This document shows positions 51,740 through 62,234 of a stretch of 64,000 nucleotides of DNA, piece after piece. Source of the stretch: an uncultured Acidobacteriota bacterium (lineage in GTDB: Bacteria > Acidobacteriota > Thermoanaerobaculia > Gp7-AA8); the NCBI GenBank assembly GCA_963822445.1, contig CAWGHO010000001.1:384001-448000 (forward strand), given 5' to 3'. The translations under genes and the position numbers were made by a program. The notes beneath the pieces were generated by a model, which did no database searches, had not been told where the DNA came from, and saw only the letters and a program-made list of their open reading frames with translations. Every line of letters begins with the position of its first letter. Position 1 is the first letter of the stretch.

Positions 51740-52480
51740 TCAGCGTACCTTCCGCGCGACCATGAGCAAGCCCGGCCCGAACGGCAGCCAGGCGAAGAGA
51801 CGATCGATGGCGAAGACGGCCCGGACGAGATTGACCAGCGCGCGGGCCTTGCCTGCTTTGGCGACGCCGCGAAGGGCCGCATCTTCGTCAACCTTGCGGC
51901 GTGCGCGGCGCTTGTTCATCGGCAGAAGGAAAAGCGTGTCGTAGGCGAGGACGACGGGAAATCCCCAGTAAGTCGTCTTCCGCGCGTCGAGGCCGGCTGC
52001 GTCGAACATCGATCGCAACTGCGCGGCCGAATAGCGGCGGCGATGTTCGTAGTAGTCGTCCGACGCGCTCCACAGGCTTTGCAGGGCGGGCACGGTCGCC
52101 ACGCACGAGCCGCCGTCGCGCAGCACGCGACCGATCTCCCGTGCCGCGGCAGCATCGTCATCGAGATGCTCGAGGGTCTCGCCGGTCGTCACGCCCCCGA
52201 AAACGCCATCGCGGAAGGGCATGCGGGTCATGTCCCCGACGACGACCGGAATGGACGTCGTCCGCCGCACGTGCAATGCCGCGTCGAACGAGTAGTCGAT
52301 GCCGAACATGTCGAAGCCGCGCTGCTGCAGGCGCGTGGCGAGCTGGCCGAGACCGATCGCTCCGTCGAGCAGCCGCGCGCCGCGCGGCAGACGCTCGACT
52401 TCCCGCACGATCATGCCGAGGCGATGCTCGTGGCGGGGACCGAACATCTCGGGCTGCGTGCCCCAGGCGTGAGTGCTCAT
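51740..52480 (-). CDS. Class I SAM-dependent methyltransferase
   Basis: LLDGAIGLG, GDMTRMPF, ETLEHLDDD, HRRRY. Confidence 0.85.
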   Translation of the reverse strand: MSTHAWGTQPEMFGPRHEHRLGMIVREVERLPRGARLLDGAIGLGQLATRLQQRGFDMFGIDYSFDAALHVRRTTSIPVVVGDMTRMPFRDGVFGGVTTGETLEHLDDDAAAAREIGRVLRDGGSCVATVPALQSLWSASDDYYEHRRRYSAAQLRSMFDAAGLDARKTTYWGFPVVLAYDTLFLLPMNKRRARRKVDEDAALRGVAKAGKARALVNLVRAVFAIDRLFAWLPFGPGLLMVARKVR

Positions 52481-52483
52481 TTC

Positions 52484-52585
52484 AGTAGGCAAGTGGGCAG
52501 TGGGCAGCAGGCAGGAGTAAAAACCGAGGCAGCAGGCGGTAGGACAGGTTCAATCCTGCCTACCGCCTACTGCCTACTGCCTACT
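52484..52585. repeat. Inverted heptamer tandem arrays (AGTAGGC-like ... GCCTACT-like)
   Basis: AGTAGGC/AGTGGGC/AGCAGGC units followed by CCTACCG/CCTACTG units filling the intergenic space. Confidence 0.88.
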
Positions 52586-54008
52586 AATTGGTGGGAACGA
52601 CTGTCGCGGTCAGGCTATTCGCCGTCCCGCAGGGGTTGGTCACGCGGACCCAGAACTGCGTTACTTCGTTGATGACCGGTGTGGTCAGCGTGGACGAGTT
52701 CGAGCTCGCGATCGGTGAACTGGTCAGCGGCGCGTGGCCCTGGTACCACTGGTACGTGTACAGCCCGCCCGCGGACGGCGTGACCTGCAGTGTTGCGCGC
52801 TGGCCGCGGCGGACGGTGGTGCTCTGCGGCTGGTTGATGCCCAGGATCTTCGGCGGCGTGCACAGGACGTCGAGTCCGATGAATGCGGCGTGGGTCTCTC
52901 CGCCGCCCGTGCCGAAGATGGGCAGGTTCGAATAGAGCTGCGGGAAGACGGTGCTGTCCAGCGAGATGGTCGCTTTCACCGAGCCGGTGCCCGGCGCGTC
53001 GATCGTGGTGCGGTCGAAAGTCACGGTGACCCCCGGCGGCAGGTTCTGGGTGAAGAACCGAACGGCCGAGTTGAAATCGAGGGTCGGGTTGTGCGTCGAG
53101 GTGATCGTCACCTGCGCGGACTCGCCCGGCGCCAGAGAGATGAAATTCGGGCTGGGGCTGAGGGTGAAGCCATGGAAGTTCGCGGCCGAGGGGACCTCGC
53201 CGAACGAGATCGCGGAGTTCAGCTCGATCGACGTGCTGCCGCTCCTCATGATGTCTTCCCACTTGATGGCCGCACCGTTGTCGATGCAGGCGCTTCCCTC
53301 GCTGCTGTTGTTCAGCGTGCCTTCACCGATCTGCCGCCAGACGTCGGCGAACTGCGCTGCCGTGAAGGAATCGGCCGGGGTGATGGGGATCAGCAGGATG
53401 TTGTAAGAGCCTTCGTCGGCATCGCAGCTGCGCCCGCCGACGGCATTGAGCTCGGGAACGCTGACGAAGAAGCCGTTGTCGGAGCCGGCCAGGTAGATGT
53501 CGGCGCCGAGGTAGACGTCGATCTCATGAAGCGTGTTGGTCGTCGAATAGACGTGGGTCCGGAGGCGGAAGAAGTTCTGGCCGCGTACGTAGGAGACGGT
53601 GAAGTTGACGCGGACGTCGGAGTCCGGCGCGGCGAGCAGTGCCGACACGATGAACGGATCGGAAGGTGCGCCGGAGCCGAGCGGCCGCTGCGAGAGCGAC
53701 ACCGGTTCCCACGGAGTGAATTCGCCGAGGGCGGTCGTCGCCGTACCGCCGTGCGCGCTGAAATCGGGGGCGTGCAGCACGCCGTCGATATAGGCAAAGA
53801 TGCCCATGTCGGCCAGGTCGTTGGAGGTCGGGAAGACCTGTCCGACTCCTCGAATGGCCGTGTTGTAGATCTGGAACGAGCCGTCAGCGCCTACGTTGAT
53901 CTTGAGCGGCGACGCGTTGATGGTGGTGAACGCCGTCTGCGCCTGGACTCCTGCCGCGACGAGGATGAGCGCCACGGCGAATCCTGACATTCGCACTCTC
54001 TGCATCAT
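52584..54008 (-). CDS. Secreted protein with C-terminal Ig-like domains
   Basis: Signal peptide ending VQA; QPQSTTV...YTYQWYQG...FWVRVTNPCGTANS. Confidence 0.75.
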   Translation of the reverse strand: MMQRVRMSGFAVALILVAAGVQAQTAFTTINASPLKINVGADGSFQIYNTAIRGVGQVFPTSNDLADMGIFAYIDGVLHAPDFSAHGGTATTALGEFTPWEPVSLSQRPLGSGAPSDPFIVSALLAAPDSDVRVNFTVSYVRGQNFFRLRTHVYSTTNTLHEIDVYLGADIYLAGSDNGFFVSVPELNAVGGRSCDADEGSYNILLIPITPADSFTAAQFADVWRQIGEGTLNNSSEGSACIDNGAAIKWEDIMRSGSTSIELNSAISFGEVPSAANFHGFTLSPSPNFISLAPGESAQVTITSTHNPTLDFNSAVRFFTQNLPPGVTVTFDRTTIDAPGTGSVKATISLDSTVFPQLYSNLPIFGTGGGETHAAFIGLDVLCTPPKILGINQPQSTTVRRGQRATLQVTPSAGGLYTYQWYQGHAPLTSSPIASSNSSTLTTPVINEVTQFWVRVTNPCGTANSLTATVVPTN

Positions 54009-54067
54009 GCACCTCCACACCCGGGCTTGCGAATGACTCCATTAATAAAGGAAAACCGCGGCAAAGC

Positions 54068-54250
54068 TTAGCACGGCTCGATGCGGGGAGGAGGGGGCGG
54101 AGGCTCGGGCGCCGCGGACTGGACCGGCTTCGAACGGGCCAGGGAGAGGCGTCGGAGGCGCATCGTGATGGCCTTGTCGGAGTAATCCACGTTGGGTCAT
54201 GACGCCTCCAGCTTCTCAATGTCTGCGAGATCCTGAAGACTCGACCGGAA
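54068..54250 (-). pseudogene. Relic of a nucleotidyltransferase C-terminus plus coupled small partner ORF
   Basis: GR..LQDLADIEKLEAS* overlapping ATGA into a frameshifted MT(N)VDYSDKAITMRLRRLSLARSK. Confidence 0.4.
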
Positions 54251-54256
54251 CCTAGT

Positions 54257-56906
54257 CTACGCCCCCAGAATCTCCCGCAGCGCGCCCTCCGCCCGCCCCA
54301 GCGCCTCGTTCAGCTTGTCCGGGTCTTTACCGCCGGCCTGGGCCAGGTCGGGCTTGCCGCCGCCTTTGCCGCCGACGATCGGCGCGAGCTTGGAGATCAG
54401 CGTGTTGGCCTGCACGCGGTCGAGCAGGTCCTTCGTCACCGCGGTCAGGAGGGTCACTTTCCCGTCTGCTGCACTGCCGAGAACGACCACTCCGCTCTTC
54501 ATCTTCGAGCGCATGGCGTCGGCCAGGCTCCGGAGATCGATCCCTTCGTCGACGACGCGCGTGATGAGCTGAACGCCATCCACGTTGATGGGCGAGTCCT
54601 CGCTTTCGCCGCGTCCGCCCGTGGCGAGCTTCTGCTTCAGCGCCTTGAGTTCTTTCTCCAGCTGCTTCTGCTTCTCCTGCAGCGAGCGCACGTACGTGGG
54701 TAACTCGTCGAGAGCGACGTTCGCCTGCGAGGCCAGTGTGCTCGTCGCGTCGTCGAGCTTCTGGAAGTGCTGCAGCGCCCCGCGGCCGGTGACCGCTTCC
54801 ATGCGCCGCACGCCGGCAGCGAGCGAACGGTCGGACGTGATCTTGAAAATGCCGATGTCGCCGGTGCGATTGACATGGCAGCCGCCGCAGAACTCGCGCG
54901 AGTAATCCCCCGCGGCCACGATGCGCACCTGTTCGCCGTATTTCTCGCCGAACATCGCCACGGCGCCGCTCTGCTTCGCCTGTTCGATGCCCATCACGGT
55001 CTTCGTGACTTCGAGATTCGCGCGGACGCTTCTCGTTCACCGCGTCCTCGATCTCCCTGATCTGGTCGTCGCTGAGCGGCTGGTGATACGTGTAATCGAA
55101 GCGGAGCCGGTCCGGGGCGACGAGCGAACCGGCCTGCTGCACGGTCGGTCCGAGAATGTCCTTCATCGCTTTGTGGAGGAGATGGGTGGCGGTGTGATTG
55201 GCGGTCGTGTCGAGGCGAAGCGGAACCGGCACTGACGCACGCACGTCCATCTTCGGCGAGAGCGAGCCCTCCTCGACACGAACACGCGACATGGTGACCT
55301 CACCGACTTTGTAGGTATCGAGGACGACGGCTCGTCCGGTTTCCCACTCCAACGTACCGGTGTCACCGATTTGTCCGCCTGACTCCGCGTAGAACGGCGT
55401 CGGCGTCAGTACGACACCGCCCTCGGTTCCATGATGCAGCGCGTCCACCGGTGCGCCTGCAACGAAAATTGCCTGGATGAAGGATTCGACATCAGTGAGA
55501 CGGTCATAGCCGACGAACTCCGTCGGGGGTAGCTTCTCGTTGAGGATCGCGGAGGTGTCCGCGTCGATCGCGAACTTCGAGCTCGCCTTCGCCTTCGTGC
55601 GCGCGTCGGCCATCATCTGCTCGAAGCCCGCGCGATCGAGCGTCACGCCCTCTTCCTCCGCCATCTCCGCGATGAGATCGATGGGGATGCCGAAGGTGTC
55701 GTACAGGCGGAACACTTCCGCGCCGCCGAGGGTGGTCTCGCCGCGCTGGCGGACGTCGTCAAGAACTTGACCAACGCGCTCCATGCCCGTGGTCAGCGTC
55801 CGCGAGAAACGCTCCTCCTCGGACGCCAGCGTCTTGGCAATGGCCTGGTGCCGCTCGCGAAGCTCCGGATAGGCATCGCCCATCGCTTCGTTGACGGAGT
55901 CGACGAGATGCGTGAGCAGCACAGGCGACGGCAGCTTGCGCCCGAAGCGGATGGCCCGCCGGATGATGCGCCGCAGCACGTAGCCGCGGCCTTCGTTCGA
56001 CGGGATGACGCCGTCGCTGATGAGGAACGTCGAGGCCCGGGCATGGTCGGCGAGCACGCGCACCGCGGTGTCGAGATCGCTCTCCATGTCCCCGCCGTAC
56101 TCGTGGCCGGACACCGCCTCGATCCTGTGGATGATCGGCGTGAAGAGATCGGTGTCGTAGTTCGTCCCGGCTTTCTGCAGGACCAGGGAGATGCGCTCGA
56201 GGCCCATCCCCGTGTCGACTGACGGCGCCGGCAGCGGATGGAGCACGCCGTTCTCGTCGCGGTCGTACTGCATGAAGACGAGGTTCCAGACCTCCATCGT
56301 GTCGTCCCCCGGTCCGTTGACCAGCTCCGGGACGTTCTTCGAAAGGTCGTCGCGGCGGAAGTAGTGAATCTCCGAGCACGGTCCGCAGGGACCGGTGTCG
56401 CCCATCTGCCAGAAGTTGTCCTTCTTGCCGAACTTCAGCACGCGCTCGGGCTTCGCACCGACTTTCACCCACAGCGCCGCCGCCTCTTCGTCCGCCGGAA
56501 CCTTGTCGTCCCCTTCGAACACGGAGAACCAGAGCCGTTCGGGATCGAGGCCGTACACGTCGACCATCAGCTCCCAGGCGAAGCGGATCGCGTCTTCCTT
56601 GAAGTAATCGCCGAACGAGAAATTGCCGAGCATCTCGAAGAAGGTGTGATGGCGCGCGGTGCGGCCGACGTTCTCGAGGTCGTTGTGTTTGCCGCCGGCG
56701 CGGACGCACTTCTGCGAGGTCGTGGCGCGGGCGTAGTCGCGCGGCTCACGGCCGAGGAAGGTGTCTTTGAATTGATTCATCCCGGCGTTGGTGAACAGGA
56801 GGGTGGGATCTCCGGCGGGGACGAGAGACGAGCTGGAAACGCGGCGGTGGCCGTTTTTCTCGAAGTAGTGGAGGAAAGCCTCACGAATCTGGCTGGTGGT
56901 CAACAA
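54257..56906 (-). CDS. alaS: Alanine--tRNA ligase; +1 frameshift near 55028
   Basis: LLFTNAGMNQFK, RHHTFFEMLGNFSFGDYFK, DTGMGLER, NHTATHLLH, EFCGGCH, GGKGGG; AAGGAG SD before TTG. Confidence 0.97.
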
Positions 56907-57372
56907 CAGATGTCTCCTTGATGCAGGCAAAAACGAGCGCGGCATCGTAACCCTGCTTCAACAGATACGCGGCCAATTTGTTTCGCCCCTCGGCGCTCTT
57001 CAAATACTCGGGTCCATGCCTCCTCACGAGCGTTCTCGCCTTGCGATCGCAGAGCGTCCGCAAAGCCTCCGCCTCCCGCTCCGGATCGACGTTCCCCGCG
57101 ACCGCGTCAGCGGCCGTTTCGCGATCGATTCCCGCCGCCTGCAGCTCCCGGAGAATGCGCTTCCTGCCGATGCTCTTGTTCGCTTTCGTCCGGGTGAAGG
57201 CGCCGGCGAAGCGGCTGTCGTCGAGCCACTTCTCGTCCCGCAACCGGATCATGGTCGCGTCGATGGTTTCCTTGTCGAACTGCTTGAATTTCAGCTTCCG
57301 CCGCAGCTCGACTTCGCTGTTGAAGCGAAATTTGAGGATGCGCAGCGCGGCGATGTATGCGTCGTCTTGCAT
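56881..57372 (-). CDS. recX: Regulatory protein RecX
   Basis: ELRRKL, WLDDSRFA, RILRELQAAGI, YLLKQGY; immediately upstream of alaS. Confidence 0.85.
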   Translation of the reverse strand: MQDDAYIAALRILKFRFNSEVELRRKLKFKQFDKETIDATMIRLRDEKWLDDSRFAGAFTRTKANKSIGRKRILRELQAAGIDRETAADAVAGNVDPEREAEALRTLCDRKARTLVRRHGPEYLKSAEGRNKLAAYLLKQGYDAALVFACIKETSVVDHQPDS

Positions 57373-57432
57373 TGGCGTAGTCTACGTCTCTGCTAGACTC
57401 GCCGCATTGATGGAGATATTCCGGAGAAAGGT

Positions 57433-58902
57433 GTGACCGAACGAGGTTCGTTGACCTGGCTTCACCTTTCGGACCTTCATCTGTGCCAGCCGAAGAATGG
57501 CCATGACCGGTATCGCATTCTGAGGACGCTGATCAACGATCTGCGCAAGCTTCGGCGCGAGGAAGGTCTCCAGCCTGACTTCCTCTTCATCACCGGCGAC
57601 CTCGCCTACGGGAACCTCGGGGCCGGCGATCGCTCGCTGGTCTCGCAGTACGCCGAAGTCCAGACGTTCATCGAAGAGATCCAGCAAACCTACGACGGCG
57701 AGCTTTCACAGTCTCGCGTCTTTCTCGTCCCGGGAAACCACGACGTGGACCGGAAAAAGGCGCCACAGCCCCTCAACGACTGGCTGGAAAAGCTCGCCCA
57801 GCGCAGCGACGTCGAGGACATGATCCAGTCGGGCGAGCATCAGTGGAAACTCTACGCCGAGCGCCTTCACGCGTACCGCGAATTCCTGACGACCTACGGT
57901 TACTCGCACCTTCTCGATGATCCGGACCGACTCACTTACGCGAGCCGGATCTTCGTCAACGACGTAGACGTGGCCGTGGTCGGCCTGAACACCGCGTGGT
58001 CCTGCAGCCATAAAGACGAGCGATCGATCTGGGTCGGGGGCCGGTCGCAGATCGACAGGCTTTTCCCGGTTTTCGTCAACTCCGACGTCAAGATCGCATT
58101 GATGCATCACTCCACGCGCTGGATCCACACGGACGAGTCACCGAAACTCGAGCAGCAGCTCATCAGCGACTTCGATTTCTGCTTGCATGGGCATGAGCAC
58201 GAGATGTTTCTCTCCGTCGTCGCCCCAGGTCATCATCGGATCGCTGCCGGCGCTTCGTACCAGGGCCCGCACGAGGAGAACTCGTACAACTTCGTGCGGC
58301 TCGATCTCGCCAGCGGCACGGGTCAGGTGTGGATGCGCAAATACGAGCATCTGGAATGGGGGCCAAAACGCGTCGCCTCGTACACCAACGATCACGGCGT
58401 CTGGCCGCTCGAGCGGTCCCTGCAGCGGATCGTCGATCGGTTCCGCACGGTCGCTCCGCTGCTGCAGGAGCCGGTGGCACGGCAGGCCGCCGCCGTGTGC
58501 ATTGAGCAGACGGAACACGGACTGCGGTTTCTTCTCACGATGACGAGCAAAGACAGGTGGCTGTTTCAGAAAGCGCGCGTGACGCGCGAATCGGCGGCCG
58601 CGGTGGCCATCCGCGCGGCCGGCTCGGAGGCCGGTGCGATCGGAAAGCTCCATGAGCCGATGCTGGAGCAGTTCGACTACCGCCGCGACGACGATCCGCC
58701 CATTCCGACAGCGGCCTACTTGTTCACTGTCGAAAGCCTCAGGGACTCCGCCCCGCCCGACCGCCATCCGACGTGGTACACCACGGCAGAAGCCGTCTCG
58801 GCGCTCATGGAAAAGCGGGAGCCTCACGAATGGTGGCCGCTCGTATCCGTAATCCGAAAGGCGTGGGAGCGGCTGGAGGGACCCGATGCTCATCGTCTAT
58901 GA
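57433..58902 (+). CDS. Calcineurin-like metallophosphoesterase fused to a degenerate Nudix domain
   Basis: HLSDLH, TGDL, PGNHD, MHH, LHGHEH; C-terminal RQAAAVC...RWLFQKA...AIRAAGSEAGAIG. Confidence 0.8.
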   Translation: MTERGSLTWLHLSDLHLCQPKNGHDRYRILRTLINDLRKLRREEGLQPDFLFITGDLAYGNLGAGDRSLVSQYAEVQTFIEEIQQTYDGELSQSRVFLVPGNHDVDRKKAPQPLNDWLEKLAQRSDVEDMIQSGEHQWKLYAERLHAYREFLTTYGYSHLLDDPDRLTYASRIFVNDVDVAVVGLNTAWSCSHKDERSIWVGGRSQIDRLFPVFVNSDVKIALMHHSTRWIHTDESPKLEQQLISDFDFCLHGHEHEMFLSVVAPGHHRIAAGASYQGPHEENSYNFVRLDLASGTGQVWMRKYEHLEWGPKRVASYTNDHGVWPLERSLQRIVDRFRTVAPLLQEPVARQAAAVCIEQTEHGLRFLLTMTSKDRWLFQKARVTRESAAAVAIRAAGSEAGAIGKLHEPMLEQFDYRRDDDPPIPTAAYLFTVESLRDSAPPDRHPTWYTTAEAVSALMEKREPHEWWPLVSVIRKAWERLEGPDAHRL

Positions 58903-59536
58903 GGGAATTGACGGCAGCGGGAAGACGACCAGCAGCCGGAAACTGTGCGAGTCGCTCCTGGCTCGGAGCGAAGACGTCACGATCGTGCAGTGGACGTCGT
59001 TCCAGGTCCGGCCGGAGGAAGAGAATCCGTTGTTCCGGACCGCGGAACGAAACCGCAACCGGGGAAGGCTCGGACCCCTTGCCTACTCCGTCTGGCATTG
59101 CGCGGACTTCGCGTACCGGCTCGAGGAGTTCGTTCTTCCCGCGCTGAAACAGGACCAGATCGTAATCATGGACCGCTACAAATACACCGGCCTTGTGCGC
59201 GACGTGCTTCGCGGCGTCGACGAAAAGGTCGTCCGCTCGCTCTACACCTTCGCACCGGAACCCGACCTCGTCATTTATCTCGACGTCGATCCGGCGATCG
59301 CCTACGCCCGCAAGAAGGCTGACGGTGCGCCGATCGGCTTTTACGAACGCGGACTGGACATGTTTGAAGACATGACCGAAGAAGCAGGGTTCCGAGCGTT
59401 CCAGAGTCTCTGCCGCCGCCGCTATCCGGCTGTGCTGCCAGCCGGCTCGCTCCAGCTCGACGCCAGTCGCCCCCAGACCGCGGTCCTGGCGGACATCATG
59501 AGCGCCGTCGACACGAAGTTGCGTAAGCGGCGCTAG
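58886..59536 (+). CDS. Thymidylate kinase family protein
   Basis: YEGIDGSGKTT, MDRY, PDLVIYLDVDP; overlaps the upstream gene. Confidence 0.85.
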   Translation: MLIVYEGIDGSGKTTSSRKLCESLLARSEDVTIVQWTSFQVRPEEENPLFRTAERNRNRGRLGPLAYSVWHCADFAYRLEEFVLPALKQDQIVIMDRYKYTGLVRDVLRGVDEKVVRSLYTFAPEPDLVIYLDVDPAIAYARKKADGAPIGFYERGLDMFEDMTEEAGFRAFQSLCRRRYPAVLPAGSLQLDASRPQTAVLADIMSAVDTKLRKRR

Positions 59537-59540
59537 GCCG

Positions 59541-60353
59541 TCATGGCGCGATCGCCGCGATGAGCCTCTGGTACCCGGCGGCGGCAGCAGGCCACAAGAA
59601 CGCATTGCCGTGGGTCGCTTTCGGGACGACGACCAACTCCTTGTACTGCGACGGCGACGCGGCCAGCAGCGTTCGCGACATCGCCACCGGCGTGACCTTG
59701 TCCGCCTCCCCCGCCACGAGCAGCAGTGGACCGCGATAGGCCTTTACCCGCGCGAGGTTGTCTTCCTTCAGCATGCGCGGCGGAATGACGACGCGCACGC
59801 CGATCGGCGTCTGTGCCTTGGCCCAGTCGCTCACGTTCGTGGCGGTGCTCTCGAGCACGAGCGCGGCCGGCTGGCGCTGTTCGCCGACGTACGCGGCCAT
59901 GAAGCTGCCGAGGGAAAAGCCGTGGACGATGATCGGAAGCTGGGACTGAGCGCGCAGCCAGTCGTAGACCGCGAGGACGTCGGTCTGCATGTTGTCGATG
60001 GTCGGCTTGCCTTCGCTGCGGCCGTAGCCGCGGTAGTCGATCATCAGTGCGTTCACGGGATGGGCGACGAGACCGTTGGCAGTCGTCGCGCCGAAAAGCT
60101 CAGTGCGGAACGAGTCGCCGCCGAAATAAAGAACTTCCGCCTTCGCCCCTTCGCGCACTATGCGCACGGCGTGCAGGCGCGTGCCGTCGGCCATCGGCAG
60201 CATGACGTCGGTCGCCGTCGCACCGGCGGGCAGCGTCCACTTCGTGGTGTCGTCCGCGGCCGCGGGCGGGCCGGGGTGGAAGAACATGTCCTCCCGCAGC
60301 CGGAACGTGCAGGAGGCGAGAAGAAGCGCCGCGACGAGGACCGCGCGGCGCAT
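59541..60353 (-). CDS. Alpha/beta hydrolase lipoprotein
   Basis: Lipobox LASC, DYRGYGRSEG, GFSLG. Confidence 0.88.
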   Translation of the reverse strand: MRRAVLVAALLLASCTFRLREDMFFHPGPPAAADDTTKWTLPAGATATDVMLPMADGTRLHAVRIVREGAKAEVLYFGGDSFRTELFGATTANGLVAHPVNALMIDYRGYGRSEGKPTIDNMQTDVLAVYDWLRAQSQLPIIVHGFSLGSFMAAYVGEQRQPAALVLESTATNVSDWAKAQTPIGVRVVIPPRMLKEDNLARVKAYRGPLLLVAGEADKVTPVAMSRTLLAASPSQYKELVVVPKATHGNAFLWPAAAAGYQRLIAAIAP

Positions 60354-61534
60354 CAGATGCTGTTGGAGAAGTCGAACGGCGACTCGTCGTTGAAGGGATC
60401 GTCGTTGCCCTGGCCGGACAGGGTGAGCTTCCCTTCCATCTCTTCCTTCGACATGTCGGCCGTCGACTGAATGCCGGAGAGCTTGAGGCGGAACTCGTCG
60501 GGATTCGACGCGCGCCGCAACGCTTCATCGAGCGTGATCAGGCCGTTCTTGTAGAGGATGTAGAGCGACTGATCGAAGGTCTGCATGCCGTACTGCGAGG
60601 TGCCCTGGGCGATCGCGTCCTTGATCAGCTTCGTCTTTTCCTTGTTCTCGATGCAGTCGCGGATGTACGCGGTCGAGATCAGGATCTCCGCCGCGGGAAC
60701 GCGTCCGAGTCCGTCGGCGCGCGGGAGCAGGCGGAGGGAGACGACCGCTTTGAGCACGGCCGCGAGCTGCAGGCGGATCTGCTTCTGCTGGTGCGGCGGG
60801 AAGACGGAGATGATGCGGTTGACGGTTTCCGTCGCGTCCATGGTGTGCAGCGTGGACAGGACGAGGTGACCCGTCTCGGCCGCGGTCAGCGCGGTCTCGA
60901 TGGTCTCGTAGTCGCGCATTTCGCCGACGAGGATGACGTCGGGATCCTGACGGAGCGCGGATCGCAGGGCCTGGGAGAAGGACTTGGTGTCGACTTCGAC
61001 CTCGCGCTGGTTGACGATCGATTTCTTGTCGCGATGGAGGAACTCGATGGGGTCCTCGACGGTCATGATGTGCTCGGTGCGGTGAGCGTTGATGTAGTCG
61101 ATCATCGCCGCGAGGGTGGTCGACTTGCCCGAGCCGGTCGTCCCCGTGCAAAGAATCAGTCCCCGCCGCTCTTCAGCGATCTTTTCGAGGACCGTGGGGA
61201 GCATCAGCTCGCGGATGGAGAGGATCTTGACCGGGATGACGCGGAGGACCATGCCCACCGTCCCACGCTGCTGGAAGATGTTGCAGCGGAAGCGGCCGAG
61301 GCCGGGGACCGAGTAGGCGATGTCGATCTCGTAGTTATTCTTGAACTTCTCTTTCTGGCGGGAGGACATGATCGAGAACGCCATCGCGATCGTGTCTTCC
61401 TGCATGAGGCGCTTGAGCTCGACGAGCGGCACGAGCTCGCCGTCGACGCGGATGACCGGATGGGAGCCGACCTTGATGTGAAGGTCCGAGGCCCGTCTCT
61501 CCGCGGCAATTTTCAGAAGATCGTTGATGTGCAC
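60353..61534 (-). CDS. pilT: Type IV pilus retraction ATPase PilT family
   Basis: ASDLH, GTTGSGKSTT, EDPIE, ALRQDPDVILVGEMRD, STLHT, GMQTFDQSL. Confidence 0.92.
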   Translation of the reverse strand: MHINDLLKIAAERRASDLHIKVGSHPVIRVDGELVPLVELKRLMQEDTIAMAFSIMSSRQKEKFKNNYEIDIAYSVPGLGRFRCNIFQQRGTVGMVLRVIPVKILSIRELMLPTVLEKIAEERRGLILCTGTTGSGKSTTLAAMIDYINAHRTEHIMTVEDPIEFLHRDKKSIVNQREVEVDTKSFSQALRSALRQDPDVILVGEMRDYETIETALTAAETGHLVLSTLHTMDATETVNRIISVFPPHQQKQIRLQLAAVLKAVVSLRLLPRADGLGRVPAAEILISTAYIRDCIENKEKTKLIKDAIAQGTSQYGMQTFDQSLYILYKNGLITLDEALRRASNPDEFRLKLSGIQSTADMSKEEMEGKLTLSGQGNDDPFNDESPFDFSNSI

Positions 61535-61542
61535 GAGTCACC

Positions 61543-62205
61543 TCAGGGGATTCGGAAACCATTGGATTCTACTCCCAGACGTCCGGGCATCTCGAATTGG
61601 GGGTCGAGGATGCTGACCCCGATCCGCGCCATCATCGACCGGAGATACTCCTCGGGCGCGATGCCGAGACTCTCGATCCGTTTCGCGACCGCCGCCCGCC
61701 GGGCCATGCTCCTCGCCTGCTCTTCGTAATGCTGCCGGGCGCTGGCCACGAAGTCTTTGGCCAGGAATCGCTCGAGAACTTCCAGGGACGGGTACCGGGC
61801 CGCCTCCCGGCGAAACTCGTCCAGGGATTTGTTCATCGGCGCGATCACCTCCTCGTAGACCGCTTCGATCGGCTCGCCTCGATAAACCCGCGCGACCGCC
61901 TCCGGCACTTTCCGACCCAGATCGGCGAGGCCGCGCAGCATCGCTTCGTCCTTCAGGATCGGTGAGCGAAACGCGTCCACCTCGGCATCCGACGGCTCGC
62001 ACCCTTCGATCGCGCAGATCTGTTCGGCGAGAATCCGGGCCGCGACGGCGTGAAACCTCTCGCGCTCGGCTTCCACGCAGGCTTCCTCGACCGTCTTTCC
62101 GCGCAGCCACTTCGGGTTCTCAGCGGCCACCTCGCGGCTGCACCAGACCTCGCCGTACATGACCTCGCGGCCGCCGATCCGCGCAATCACCCTGTCTTCG
62201 GCCAT
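61543..62205 (-). CDS. Hypothetical protein (SurA N-terminal-like helical)
   Basis: VIARIGGREV start and PSDAEVD; no clear family. Confidence 0.45.
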   Translation of the reverse strand: MAEDRVIARIGGREVMYGEVWCSREVAAENPKWLRGKTVEEACVEAERERFHAVAARILAEQICAIEGCEPSDAEVDAFRSPILKDEAMLRGLADLGRKVPEAVARVYRGEPIEAVYEEVIAPMNKSLDEFRREAARYPSLEVLERFLAKDFVASARQHYEEQARSMARRAAVAKRIESLGIAPEEYLRSMMARIGVSILDPQFEMPGRLGVESNGFRIP

Positions 62206-62234
62206 CGTCCGCGAAGATTACAATCCGCGACCCC

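Noticed and set aside
54257-56906. Split alaS as a programmed frameshift or pseudogene
   Set aside because: Essential gene, no slippery sequence, and the same single-base pattern as the other breaks.
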